Shown here in pieces: positions 23,639 through 36,600 of a stretch of 64,000 nucleotides of DNA. The DNA is taken from the NCBI GenBank assembly GCA_002269645.1, contig NIVC01000984.1:372001-436000 (forward strand), written 5' to 3'. The notes beneath the pieces are model-generated. The model worked only from the letters and a program-made list of their open reading frames with translations, was not told the origin of the DNA and searched no databases. A program made the position numbers and the translations under genes. Numbering within the stretch: position 1 is the stretch's first letter; every line of letters starts with the position of its first letter. Source of the stretch: Macrostomum lignano. Taxonomy: Eukaryota.

Positions 23639-26263
23639 ATGACAGTCGGAAGCAATGCAGGCGGCTCAGTCAGACGGCGATGGGAGGTGCGCAAGCATTG
23701 GAACGATTTTCTGGTGACTTCATCTGTGCGAGGACTGAAACGAACCACAACATCGGAGACTCGCTTCCTTCGCCTGTTCTGGGTCGTATTCCTGCTTGGA
23801 TCGCTGGCGCTGATGCTCTACCAGATCAGCTCCGTGGTGGATACCTACTTGCATCAGAAGGACTCCACAGCGATGCAGAGCAAGCAGCTTGACATTGACG
23901 TACCCTTCCCAGCTGTGTCCGTGTGTCGAGAGGCTACCTACTCCTCTCATAAGCAGATGCGACAGGCTATGGAGCGACATAACGCTTCGGTAACCACGCC
24001 GCAGTCTTACAGCCGCCGGGTGGCCGACCTGCTTTATCGGCATTTCCGCAACGCCACCAATATGACAGAGGACGAGCTGGAAGAGGCCAAGATGGCCTTA
24101 CTTAGGTTCGACACGGCCAGATCATATCAGGTGATGGTTCATTTCTTACAAGATAATTTACAATAACTGTTCGAGTCCTGTATAGGGGGCTCAGCGGTAA
24201 ACGCGTTTGTCTCTTGTGTCACAAGCCCTGGTTCGATTCCTGCGCGGCTACATTCATTTAGGGCTTGTGCACAAAAACTGGCTAGGGGGTTGTCGAGCCA
24301 TTCACACCAGGGCCAACCACCAAGGCACAGATGGTGTAAATGTCTGACGACTACAAAGTCAAAAAGCCGCTGTGTGAGTGTGAGTATGAGTGCGTGCCTG
24401 CGTACAGTATAGGCGGTCTTGCATGTGCGTGCCAGTACAGGAGGCGGTCTTGTATGCCAGAGTCAGTGGTTGGTTTGTGGTACGACGTCGCCCAGAGCGT
24501 CATTATTTCATATTAAGAGGTGTAAATCCAACCGCCAATTTTGTATTATTTTCGTCCCTGGTTTGGAGTCACTCGTAAAGGGCAGGTGACAGATTTAATG
24601 GCATATCTAAATGCTAACGAATCCTGCAGGCCCAGATTCCTCGGGCAGCCATCAAAGAGGTGGCTCTACCACTGATTCGTCAAATAGCAACAGCCCGAGC
24701 AAATTTTGCTAACGGCAGTTCCACCAGTCTGGCATCTAACATGGACATCATCGGCATGGACGTGGAAACAGATGACTACCCTAGCTCGAGTTACGACGCC
24801 GAACTATGGGGCATGCGGGTCATGGACTTTTACCACTGGCGCTACTTTCTGTGCCAGACGCTGGAGATCACCTTGTCTAGGGAGGAAATGAACGAAATGC
24901 GCAGCCTCGACCTGCTTCTCTGGTACGCGGCGATGACTTCAACACCAGCATCTCGGGTGTCGCGGATCGAGCCTTTGCCATGCGCGGCTTCTGGTCGGCT
25001 GACGGCATCCGACTGGCATTGCATCCGGCAGGGGAGCATGGCAAGGTGCACATCGACAACGGCGCCACGCTGGTGCGGAGCGGCGGGTATTCGGAGATCC
25101 GGTTCAGACCCAGCATCACCAGGTGATGATTACTTGATTTTTTCTGCGCTATAGCTCTAAGAATAAAGTGCAATCGTCCTAAGACAGTACGCGATGTTTT
25201 AATGACTAATCAATTTACATATGTACTGTAGTATATAGAGTACTGCTTTCTCAGACCATATTTCATACGTTTTTGCGGGGTTCAGAATCTGATCTCAAAT
25301 TGGATAACCAAGGACTCAAGGTAACTTGGGACATGATGACTTACGAAAAAAGGGTCAGTTAGGATTTCAAGTCGCACATCATGTAAATAGACATAATTAT
25401 TTGTCACACAGCATTGCTTTGGAATATTTTCGTTGTAGTATCGTTGTTTTGTTTATTTAACGTTGTAGTAAACGGCTACGCACAATCGCAATTGCAGGTA
25501 CTTGAACTGCTCAGACAGAGAGCTACAGCACGGTGACCAGGGCGGCTACAGCTACAACATGAACGACTGCAAGTACCTCAACTACGACGAAGAGCTGCGA
25601 CGTCAGTGCAACTGCACAATGGACCCGCTGGCCTGGGACTATCACCAGTGCATACGCATCAACTGGACCGATTTGGATATGTCCGACTGGGGCGGCTGCA
25701 TGGGCAGAGTCGAGTGGAACCGCAAGTCCTGCAGCCGCCCGGCCTGCACTCACACCGAATATCGGTACGAGGCCTCGTTCGCGCCCTGGAACATCAACGA
25801 CTTCCAATGGAGGTGGATTGTCGACCTGCTGCTCAATAGAGACGAAGCCCTGCCGCTCTATCTGGCCATGTCGCAGGTGGGCGAGGCGGAGAGCGGTATC
25901 GACTATCGCGAGTCGTCGGCGCTTTTTCAGCGAATTAAAAACAACCTGACTTCGCTGACCATCAGCCGGCAGAGCGGCCTGGTCGCCTACCAGCAGGAAG
26001 TCCGCCTAACCAGCATTGCCAACATGCTCAGCAGCTGTGGCGGCGCCCTGTCACTGTTCATGGGCATCACACTCACTCTGATGGCCGAGTTCATCGAATT
26101 TCTCTACAAGTTGTTTCGCCCGGCTTTCCAGCGGAGTAAGACGCCAGCGAAACAGCAGGACGCAGCTTCAGACAATGAAGGCCAGGCAGACCGTAAAGAA
26201 GGTGACAGCAAAAATGAGTCAGTCACGTTGGATTCCGTGCAAGTTGTGGAACAAGAAGTCTGA
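23639..26263 (+). CDS. DEG/ENaC (ASIC/FaNaC/pickpocket superfamily) channel subunit, ~583 aa after correcting one frameshift
   Basis: Exons 23639-24130, 24630-25122, 25498-26263. TM1 RLFWVVFLLGSLALMLYQI, FPAVSVC, GIRLALHP, Cys-rich thumb ending CSRPACTHTEY, TM2 MLSSCGGALSLFMGITLTLMAE. One base is missing at ~24922. Confidence 0.92.
24185..24420 (+). mobile_element. tRNA-derived SINE-like element in DEG/ENaC intron 1
   Basis: A-box-like GGCTCAGCGGTA and B-box GGTTCGATTCC (24230-24240); tail aagccgctgtg...gagtgcgtgcctgcgtacagta is shared with the copy at 32950. No acceptor stem. Confidence 0.6.
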
Positions 26264-27159
26264 CAATCTATAAAAATTGTTCACTGTACGAGTGACTATA
26301 GAGCAGTGATTTTTACATGTACAATGTACAGAATAGCTTTAACAGCGAGTTTAAAGCAAGGCATTCTAGACCAGCAGAAGGACGATGCAATCACTCGGAA
26401 ATCGTGGAAGATTTGAAAGTTTTTTGGCCCCTATACGAGCGTATACTAAATAACAAAACAGCTGGTATGAGCTAGTATGCTTCACTCTAATACTCGTAGA
26501 ATCCTTTCTATGTATATTTTTGTGGACGGATTCTCTGGAAGGCTCGAATTTTGCTTAATTCCGGTTTGCTATAGTTAAGGCTCATTCCCACCGCCATCTA
26601 ATGGGGTGAATTTTTCCACGATTACATCAGTGCATCAATCAAGTGATTCGATGGCTCCTTTGAGTGAGTTTTTAATTTGATTATAATCAGTCGAGGACTA
26701 TCTATGTAAATTTTTACAGCTAAAGAACCATCAGCCATTTACGAGCGCTGTGTCCTAATAGGAGTTATTGCAGCTCAACCATTGCGGTAATTGATGTAGA
26801 TTTTGGCAACTACGCAAGTAAATAGTACCTTTGCTGAATCGGTTGCGCTTACTTGTAGTCGTATTCTGTATCATGAGTTCGTCATAAGTACCGGTCAAAC
26901 TACTGGTAGTAATAGTACACGTAAATAAATTCTCGCTAGCAGCACTTACTTATTAAGGGCAGTGTATCATCTGCCCTGTCATTTCGGTTCAAAACATTTT
27001 CGACAAGAAAAATATATACCTTAACTATATTTAATTTTTTGAACAATTGAAAATTCTCCTTTTATAAGATATTATCGTAAATTTTGTTTTGTTATTTTTA
27101 ACGTAGCGTCACTTGAATTGTTAAATGCTTAAGATTCAGTTAATCCTTATCAGGGATGG

Positions 27160-27332
27160 TCAAGTATGGTTCTTGGTGTGGTCAGGGATGATTCTTGGGG
27201 TGGTCAGGTACGGTTTATGGTGGGGTCAAGGATAGTTCTTGGAATGGTCAGGGTCGATTCTTGGAATGGTCAGGGTTGATTCTTGGAATGGTCAGGGTCG
27301 ATTCTTGGAATGGTCAGGGTTGATTCTTGGAT
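27160..27332 (+). repeat. 22-bp degenerate minisatellite (ggaatggtcagggtcgattctt)
   Basis: About 7 copies between the convergent 3' ends of DEG/ENaC and ASK. Confidence 0.9.
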
Positions 27333-27657
27333 AGTTTTTTTAGGAATTTAGCTCTTGGTTTGTACTTTAAGCATGAATGAAAATTAATAAACCTATCAAA
27401 CGAATCCGCCAGCAATTGAATTCGTTGCGCTTAATTAACATCAACAGAACGCATTCGAACGCGAGGCTACTGTGTATTGATGGATGACCTGATGAAGTAG
27501 AAAAATATTGCGCTAAGAAGCTACAAAACCGAAATAGAATGTTATAAAAATAATATTCAATAGATAAATTCTGAACGCAACCGGCAAGCCATTGGGAAAC
27601 TTCAAGTGACTGTTTGAGTCTTCAAATGAGCACGTTACCAAGCCTATAGTTAATGGC

Positions 27658-30600
27658 CTATTTAAAAACAGATGCACGTCTCTGCTCGATCGCCCGCCAA
27701 AGCCGGCTGACAACTCCAGATCTGAAAGGTTGGTTAATAGGGCAATTTCTAATTCCAACTAAAAGCACTGGTGTTTCTGGTGTTTCTACAGCAGATTTTG
27801 GGATACCAAAAACCTCAATTGGGAAGATTTTGAGACACAAAAACCCTCAAATCGGGCAGGTGTTGAGAGACCAAAACCCTTAAATCGGGCAGCTTTTGAG
27901 ACACCAAAAACCCTCAAATCGAACAGCTTCTGAGACACCAAAAACCTTCAAATCGGGCACGTTTTGAGACACCAAAAAACCCTCAGATGGGCAGATTTTG
28001 AGACACCAAAGACCCTCAAATTGGACAGATTTTGAGATACGAAAGACCCTCAAATTGGGCACATTTTGAGATAGCAAAGACCCTTCGATTTTTGAGACAC
28101 CAAAAATCCTCAAATTGGGAAGATTTTGAGATAGCAAAGACCTTCGATTCAGACAGGTTTTGAGGCACCAAAAATCCTCAAATTGGGAAGATTTTGAGAT
28201 AGCAAAGACCCTCGATTCGGGCAGGTTTTGAGACACCAAAAATCCTCAAATTGGGCAGGTTTGAGACACCAATAACCCTCAATTCAGGCAGTTTTTGAGA
28301 CACCAATAACCTTCAAATTGGGCAGATTTTGAGATAGCAAAGACCCTCGATTCGGGCAGGTTTTAAGACACCAAAAACCCTCAAATCGGGCAGGTGTTGA
28401 GACACTAAAAAACCCTTAAATCGGGCATATTTTGAGACACCAAAAACCATCAAATCGACCAGATTTTGAGACAATAAAGACCCTCAAACTGGGCAGGTTT
28501 TGAGACACCCAAACCCTCACTCAGGCAAGTTTTGAGACACCAAAAACCCTCACCTCAGGCAGGTTTTGAGACACAAAAAAACCCTCAAATGGGCAGCTTT
28601 TGAGACAACAAAAACCCTCAATTCGGGCAGATTTTGAGACACCAAAACCCTCAAATCGGGCAGGTGTTGAGACACCAAAAAACCCTTAAATCGGGCAGAT
28701 TTTGAGACACCAAAAACCCTCAAATCGAACAGCTTCTGAGACACCAAAAACCCTCAGATGGGCAGATTTTGAGACACCAAGACCCTCAAATTGGACAGAT
28801 TTTGAGATACGAAAGACCCTCAAATTGGGCACATTTTGAGATAGCAAAGACCCTCGATTCAGACAGGTTTTGAGACACCAAAAATCCTCAAATTGGGAAG
28901 ATTTTGAGATAGCAAAGACCCTCGATTCAGACAGGTTTTGAGGCACCAAAAATCCTCAAATTGGGAAGATTTTGAGATAGCAAAGACCCTCGATTCGGGC
29001 AGGTTTTGAGACACCAAAAATCCTCAAATTGGGCAGATTTTGAGACACCAAACACCTCACACAGAGAGAGTCTCACTCAGATGTACCTGAGCGGCATTCG
29101 GCGCAGGTCCTCCTTGTCGCAGTGCATCAGCGAGTCCAAATCCCAGTCATTGTCGGCCAGAGTCAGCAGCTCGGCTGGCGACAGGCCGGCGGTGGTGGCC
29201 GCCCACTCAGCTAAGTCGGCAGCGTCGGAGCGTGACACGGCAGGAGCAAGTAGTGTTGGCGGCGGCAGCGGCGGCGGCGGCAGCGGCGACGGAGGAACGA
29301 GAGCGGCGGCGGCGTAGACTGAGCAGTTGATAGCGGTGCCGTCTGCGACATTGGTGGTAGCTGAGCGGCGGATGTTGCAGCTGAAGCAGCCTGGGTTTTT
29401 TAAAGTAAAAAAGACATGCAAACTGGCATACAGCTTTATGATAGACCCAGCCTAACTAGAGCTCCTGCATGAGACAGTCCTACCACAGCAAACCAAACCA
29501 ACCCAACCAAAACGCACCCCGACTTTGCCGCGCAGCTCCTCTAGAAGGGCATCAAACGCCAGAATCCAATGGGGTGGCAGGCGGCTGCCAGCCAAAATTT
29601 TGGCCACCGCCTGGCCCAGACGGCGCAGCGCCAAGGCGTTGGTTTGAAGGCCGCGCAGCTGCTCAGGCCGGCGCTCCAGCATGTAAGCGCTGAGCCGGTC
29701 AAGCAGCTTTGACAACTCGGCAGTGACATCGGCTTTGAAAGCTGAGCCATCGCTGCGAGCAGCTCAGACCAGTACTCAATGAGGCGCTGCCTATCCTGCT
29801 GGAGCAGGTCGCAGAGCCGCTGACGGAGTTCGCAGTCGCGACTGTACAGCTTCAGGATGCGGCGTCTGCTGGCCTGGGGCCTGCAAAGTGTGCGTCGATA
29901 TTCAGGGTACGAGGGACCACCAGACCACAGGAGGGTCTGGGGAACTAAAAAATACCAAAATGGAACTGAGGAGCTACTAAATACCCAGGTTGAGCTGAGG
30001 AGCTACTAAATACCCAGGTGGAGCTGAGGAGCTACTAAATACCCAGGTGGAACTGAGGAGCTACTAAATACCCAGGTGGAACTGAGGAGCTACTAAATAT
30101 CCCCGTCGTACGGAGTACCTTCATAGCTGAGTGCAAGTTAGACTGCAGATAGCCAGTCCCCCAGCAACACGAACCCGTCTTGTCCTCCCTGCTGGTGCAA
30201 AGCAATCAGCTGGTTGGCAGCATCGGCCAGAAATCTGTCAGCCAGCAGCTGGGCGCAGGTGGCCCGCCGGCCGGGCTCCGGGGTGAAGCAGCGTAAGCAG
30301 AAATTGCGGCAGGCTTCGCTGCATCCGTTTGGAATGTCCGGGTGCCGGCGGTACATACCGATCTGGGTGTTTTAATAGCTCAGAATTTTACTTTTTTAAT
30401 CTTCGTTACCTGAATAAAATATTATGGAACATACGAGAATGTAGCAGTGATAGGAAGCAGAAGCACGCACCCTAAATCTATATAGCAATATTTTATCAAT
30501 AGCGAAAAATACTGCAGAAACTTTACACTGCACCAGTCACATAAGAAATCTTGTATACAATACTGAGCTCAAATAATGATACAGACAAACAAACAAACCT

Positions 30601-33600
30601 TTTTTGTTTAAATCGGTTACATTTATTCAATATACATTATTGACATTGCTAGTTAGTTGTCTGGCTGTGCAAAGCTTCTGGTAAGTTCTGGCTTCGCGGC
30701 CGAGGAAAGGGTTTTTATAGAATGGCTTGTATAAATTTAGTGTGACCTAGCAGAGCACAAAAACGGGGGGAGTTCAATCAATACGAGCTATTAGAGTCAC
30801 GGGCCCAACACGCAGCTAAAAATAGAATCAGCAACGACGCCAACCCTTGTTTAGGGGGAGCCAATGTACAAAGACTGTACATAAAGAATGTACAGTTAGG
30901 ACCCCCCTGAGCGCGACGTCTGATTCTGACCATACAAGGGACTTTTAGTTAAAGGTTGATTTTACAACGGTAGATTGCTTGGCACGTCAGCTGAATTAAA
31001 TAATGGTTGAAATACGAGCGCTACTTTTCTGGCCATGGTTTAGGGTCTACGACAATTGACTGCCACAACTTGACTGCCGCAATTCGACTGTGGACAATGA
31101 CTGTGGACAAAATAGAGATAAGAGGAACAAAAACATGACGACCATTTGCTTTGCTCCACCCATTGACCAATGGCTCCGACCAATTGCTAGAAAGTGACCT
31201 TGGGATTTTCGCGTCTCTAATGGATTCCCCTAGCCCATAGACAATAGAATATATGAACATCCATCATGCTGCTTAGTCGTGACGGATTCCCCTATGCACA
31301 TAGACAATCCAATGAGAATATGGAGCGATTGGTTGGAGCAACTGGTTGGAGCAACTGGTTGGAGCAACTGGTTGGAGCAACTGGTCGGAGCAACTGGTCA
31401 TAAACATTATCTAACTAGTCGAGTAATATTGTTTTAATAGTACTGTTGTTTTAATAATAGCATCGTTTTAATAGCAGTGTCGTTTTAATAATATTATTAT
31501 TTTTTATATATTTTTTATAGTAGCGTTTTAATAGTAGTGTTTTAATAGTAGCGTTTAATAGTAACGTGTCCATATAACCATGGACATTGACCATAACCAT
31601 TCAAATGAACATGAAAACATTTTAATTTGAATTTTTTGAAAATTTTCCATGAAACAAAGTGCTCCGTATTGTAAATTTAGAACTGCCGTCTTTGCATGTA
31701 TACAGGAAAACGTCGTTCTACTTGACGTCGCTACGACTAATGGCATCAGTATGATATTTCACCGAACGACACATATACTCAACAACATTAAAAAGTCGCC
31801 ACCTTTGAGAGTCCGTAATACTCGTAAATTCTAGCTGAGTATTGACATTTGAGTGACGCAACTTGCGCCACGCGACGCAGAATTGGGCTGGGTGAGGAGG
31901 GATTGGAAGAGCGGAGGGCGAAGATTGGATGGATTGAAGCTTCCGCCCGGTTTTTATTGTTTTTTTTCAAGCATTTTTTAATATCAAAATGGTTGGCCAG
32001 GTGATAGACGCTGGTCGAAAGACACTGCTCACTGGGGCAAAGGGTGGCGACTTTTCAATGTTGCTGAGTATACATGTAGTCGTAAAAAGGGTGAAAAAGT
32101 GCTCAAATTTAGGAGCATCATTTTGTTGGCCAGTAATTTTGTCCACAGTCATTTTGTCAATAGTCAAATCGCCGACCCCTGACATAACAGATAGGTTATA
32201 ACACGCTGAAGTGGTTTGCAGACGTCAACAATTTACTATAGGTGCAGCCGTAATGTACATTAGCGAGAGTAGAGATTGGGCCCCCTTCTATAAAGCCATT
32301 GAAAGATAAGATTCTTCTTAACTCCCATCTCCATAGTGTAAAAGTTCTGACGTACGATCGAACTTACACTACGACAGCTTTATAGTACGATCCCTTTGTG
32401 TGGAAAGACGTGGCCGGAAGGCCAATAAACGAGTTAATGTCAGTGAGAGTTCCTTACCTCAAATAACGCCGCCTGAGGCGTGGCCAGCTCGCTAAACGGC
32501 GGCTGACCGCTGACCATCTCGACGGCGGTGCAGCCAAACGACCAGACGTCGGTAGGATAGCCGTAGCCCTCGTCGCCGAGGTTGGCCGCCTCCGGGCTCA
32601 TGTAGCGAAAGGTTCCAGCAAAGGTGGCAACTGCATTGTGGAAACCCCGCAATCGTCTACTGGTGCCAAAGTCCGTAATTTTGATTAAACCGCTGTACGC
32701 GTTAACAAGGATATTGTCCGACTTGATGTCGCCGATGCACAATGCGATTCTCGTGCAGATAATGCAAGCCCTGTAGAATCTGATGCGAATAGTGCGCAGT
32801 GGTGTCCTCGCGCAGGGCACCGACTCGCTTAATTAGGGCAGTCAATGAGCCGCCGGGTACCTGGGGTGCAAAACAAAAGTTCAATTTTAATCATGTGCCG
32901 CAAAGTGGAGAGCTCGCAAACGGGTAAAGACTGTCCTAAGTTTAGGGCAGAGCAGCTCAGCGGTAAACACGTCCAACTCTCGCGCGCCACGAAGCCCTGG
33001 TTCGATTCCTGGAAGTCAGAGCCGCTGTGCACCCTGTGTGAGCGAGTGCACGAGTGCGTGCCTGCGCACAGTATTGGCGCGCTTGCGTGTCCTCAAGAGT
33101 CAGCGGAATGGGGCAGAATTGCCGTCAGCGCGCTCAGTTGCCAGTTGCCTCAATTGCTACAGGCATATTAGTAGCAAATTGTCGGTAGCAAAATGAAGTG
33201 ACACATTTTGGCTCTAGAAAGCTCCCATCCAGATGGAATGTATTTTAACCAACGAATGCGCTCCAACTAGCAAAAGCTGAAGACACGACCCCAACCTCAA
33301 CCAATGAAAAACAGCTATGTACCATCCAACGCGATCAAGACTGAAAAGTACTATAAAAGCTCATGTTAACTAAGCAAGAAGCTCGCCTGGCCTCGCCTCT
33401 CTTCCGCTCTCTTTTCCTTCCTCGCCATTCTAGCTTACCTCCTTTGACTACTTTTGATTGACACTGCTAGGGTCTCAACCCAAACACTAAAACTGATAAA
33501 TTGACTCACTAAAACTAAAACAACAACCAACCCACGTTCCACAATAGACTTCCACAATAGGTTCACCCGAACACTTAGAAACCCCTTGGAACTCGAACAA

Positions 33601-36600
33601 AACGAGCTTCTTATTTGGAATTCCATCTTAGACATTATATTTTGTAAGATAACATCTCGAGATTGTGACCATCAAATACAACGGTCTGTAAGTTACCATC
33701 AAGTGTTTGCATCATCAGGAAAAGTCAATTGAATCCGTCGCCTCAGTTATTTGGCTCTCAAATTGATATTTGAAATAGACATAGAGCCATAGAAGTGAGA
33801 GACCAGAAGAACGAGAACATATATTTTAAAATATTTCAAAAACTTTTATCATTTCGTAAGACGAGAGAGAAACCCGGTTAGGAGGTAGCAAAAAATAAAC
33901 TTTTGAAATAAACTACTACATGTAGGTTTTTTGACCTTGTACAGTCGCCATAGTCGTCATGGTTTAATTCTCTAAGATGGTCTTCCCGCTACGTAAGCCT
34001 CTGATATGGCGTCAATATCTATTATTTTCAAAACAAAAGTTTTTCGAAGTGCTATTCAAGTATAACTGAAGGTTTATTCCATATATATACCGTACTCAGC
34101 AACGTTGAAACGCCATTCTAGACCCGGTGCGCCTGAGAGAGGGTTGGAAAATCTTGCGTCACTTGTAGTGTAGCGAGCTGAAGTCAGTCCAGCATTCGGT
34201 CATTTGGGACTACTTCATAGGACGCTACACTCGAAAATCGTGCAAATTTGATTGGAGGCCAGTTTTCGTTGCAAACTTACGGAACGCCACGAAGTGTGAC
34301 AATTTTTAAATGATTCATTTTTGTTAATCTCATTTACCTATTAAACCTTAACAAGTGCAATCATAATCAGCACCGCGCTCTCACCTGTTCCATGAAGATC
34401 TTGACAACGCCAGCCTCGGACACGGAGCCCAGCAGGCCAACAATATTCCGGTGGTGCAGCCGGCTCTGAAGTCGGATCTCCTCGTGCAGAGCCTGCACAT
34501 GGGGCACCCGGTCCTCAGAGATCTCCTTCACGGCGATCTTCATCTGCAGAGCGGCAAAGTTGTTTGCGGAAATTTAGTCGTCTTTATTTATTAGCGATCA
34601 ACACGCGCACGCACATAGACACAGAGTCTTCCAAAAATGAGTTGTTGCATCATTGAATCACACCAGCTACTCATGTGCAAAGCAATGAAACTGCACAGTA
34701 CAATACAAATCATCCATGCGACACTAAACTAGCTCTTAAGGCTTGTCCACACCGCCATCAAATACGGCCAAATTTTGTGTGATTACTTTGTACATTGGTC
34801 GTGTGACTCAGTGACTCATTTGAGGGCAAAGTGTATTGAGCCTTTAAAAACATCTTAAATATCACACAGAGATTGGCCTTCTTGAACTTTAGGTACGTAA
34901 AATACTTCCAATTTTTTTTTGAAACTTTCGCCAGAGTCTTAGAGTCTTAGAATTTTCCCCTAGGACCCCCCCCCTCAGTCTCCGAATTTATCTATCTAAT
35001 CTTCAATAGACCTCCATGCCTCTACTGAAGTTTAGGTATGTAAAATAAATCCCCATGAAGATTCTCCCCACCCTAACACCCCCATTCCCCATGCCTCGGT
35101 TGTTGGTAGTTGTCAGCCCCCCCTTGAGACTTGCCCCCCCCCCTGAGTCTCCGAATTTATCTACCTAATCTTCAATAGACCCCTATACCTCTATTGAAGT
35201 TTAGGTACGTAAAATCGATCCCCATGAAGATTCTCCCCACCCTAAACCCCCCCATTCCCCATGCCCCAGTGGTTGGCTTTAAGCTACAAAAAATGAAGCT
35301 CAAATTTGAAATCAGCACCATCAAAAACCCCTATAGAGAGAAAATTATGATCCTATTGAAATTGCAACTATTTTATCTACCTAAAGTTCAAGAAGGCCCT
35401 AAGCTGAGACTTGTCGACAGCACCAACCTGTCGCTTCAGTTCGATGGCGCTGTACACAATTCCGAATGAGCCGCGGCCGAGCTCCCGCCTCTGTCCGGAC
35501 GGCGTCAACTCGTAGTCGAAATTCAACACCGGCTCGAAGCCGCCGCTCCGCAGGCCGGGCTCGGCGCCGCGCGCCACCCCGGGCAGGTGGGCGGCTACGG
35601 CAGCGTAGAAGGCGGAGCGCGCCGGCCGGTTGGAAAACAGCAGGCGCAGATCGTCGCACAGAGTGAAAACGAAGGCGGCCCGGCGATGGCGCTGGGCCAG
35701 GCAGACCTGGCGCACCTGGTCCTCCGACAGGTTTAGGCGGAACTGGCCGCCGGACTTCGCGTCGACATCGCTGCTTGATTCAGTCGCAACTTCTATGGAT
35801 TCACTGACGCCATGGACCGACAGCCAGCCTCTGCGGACCTGCGATTTGGGGATGTTTTATCGCGTTCGAGATGCTTCTGGCTAAACAGTTGCACTAGAAA
35901 TGAGCTTCTCGGTGGCCATTGTAGCTTTATTGTTTTTTTACGAAGAGCTACCTTTTCCTGAACCTGAGTTACAAGCCTCATTAGCGATAGCCATTCAATT
36001 GGCTTCCGGTATCCATTTGAACATATTAATAATGAAGCCGGAGGCAACTGTGTCAAACTGGGTATTGTTTCTCAAATCATTGTTTTATTGAGCGTCTATG
36101 ATTCAACCTTAAATAACAAAATACAATAGATAAGTTCTATGTAGGCTAACTTAATTCACTTCTTGCACGAGTGCCAAAATCCAAGAATAGCTCCCTCAAC
36201 ACTCGTTCAACACTGGGTTCGTAAATAAACGGAATTAGAGTGGCTTACATGTACGATTGCGAATTCGAACTTAAATCTGCGTTCATAGAGAGTTCAGTTA
36301 AAATCCCACCTGGCTTTGTCTCATTCAGCCCCAGGCCAGTGCGATTAATAAAAATATGAAAGATATTGGTTCCATTCCGTTGTGTTAAGTTAGCATAAAA
36401 TCTCTATTTATTCCTAATTATCCCACAGACTGCTAGAAATATTGCTTAACATGTTTGCAGGTTCGGGCACAAAATGGCCTGACCCGCTGGCTCTCAACAG
36501 AGTACGGAGGTAGTTGAGGCCGAGTAGTTCAGCCGGTAACGCGCCGGACTCTTGCGGTCACAATAATTTGGGATCCGTACGGGGAAATTTGGCTCGAGGC

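Noticed and set aside
24185-24250. tRNA gene (also 32950-33010 and the B-box-like gttcgagtccc at ~60877)
   Set aside because: A and B boxes are present but there is no pairing acceptor stem or anticodon arm; better explained as SINE heads.
27880-28949. VSQNLP / FWCLK repeat ORFs
   Set aside because: Products of the 33-34 bp minisatellite inside ASK intron 13.
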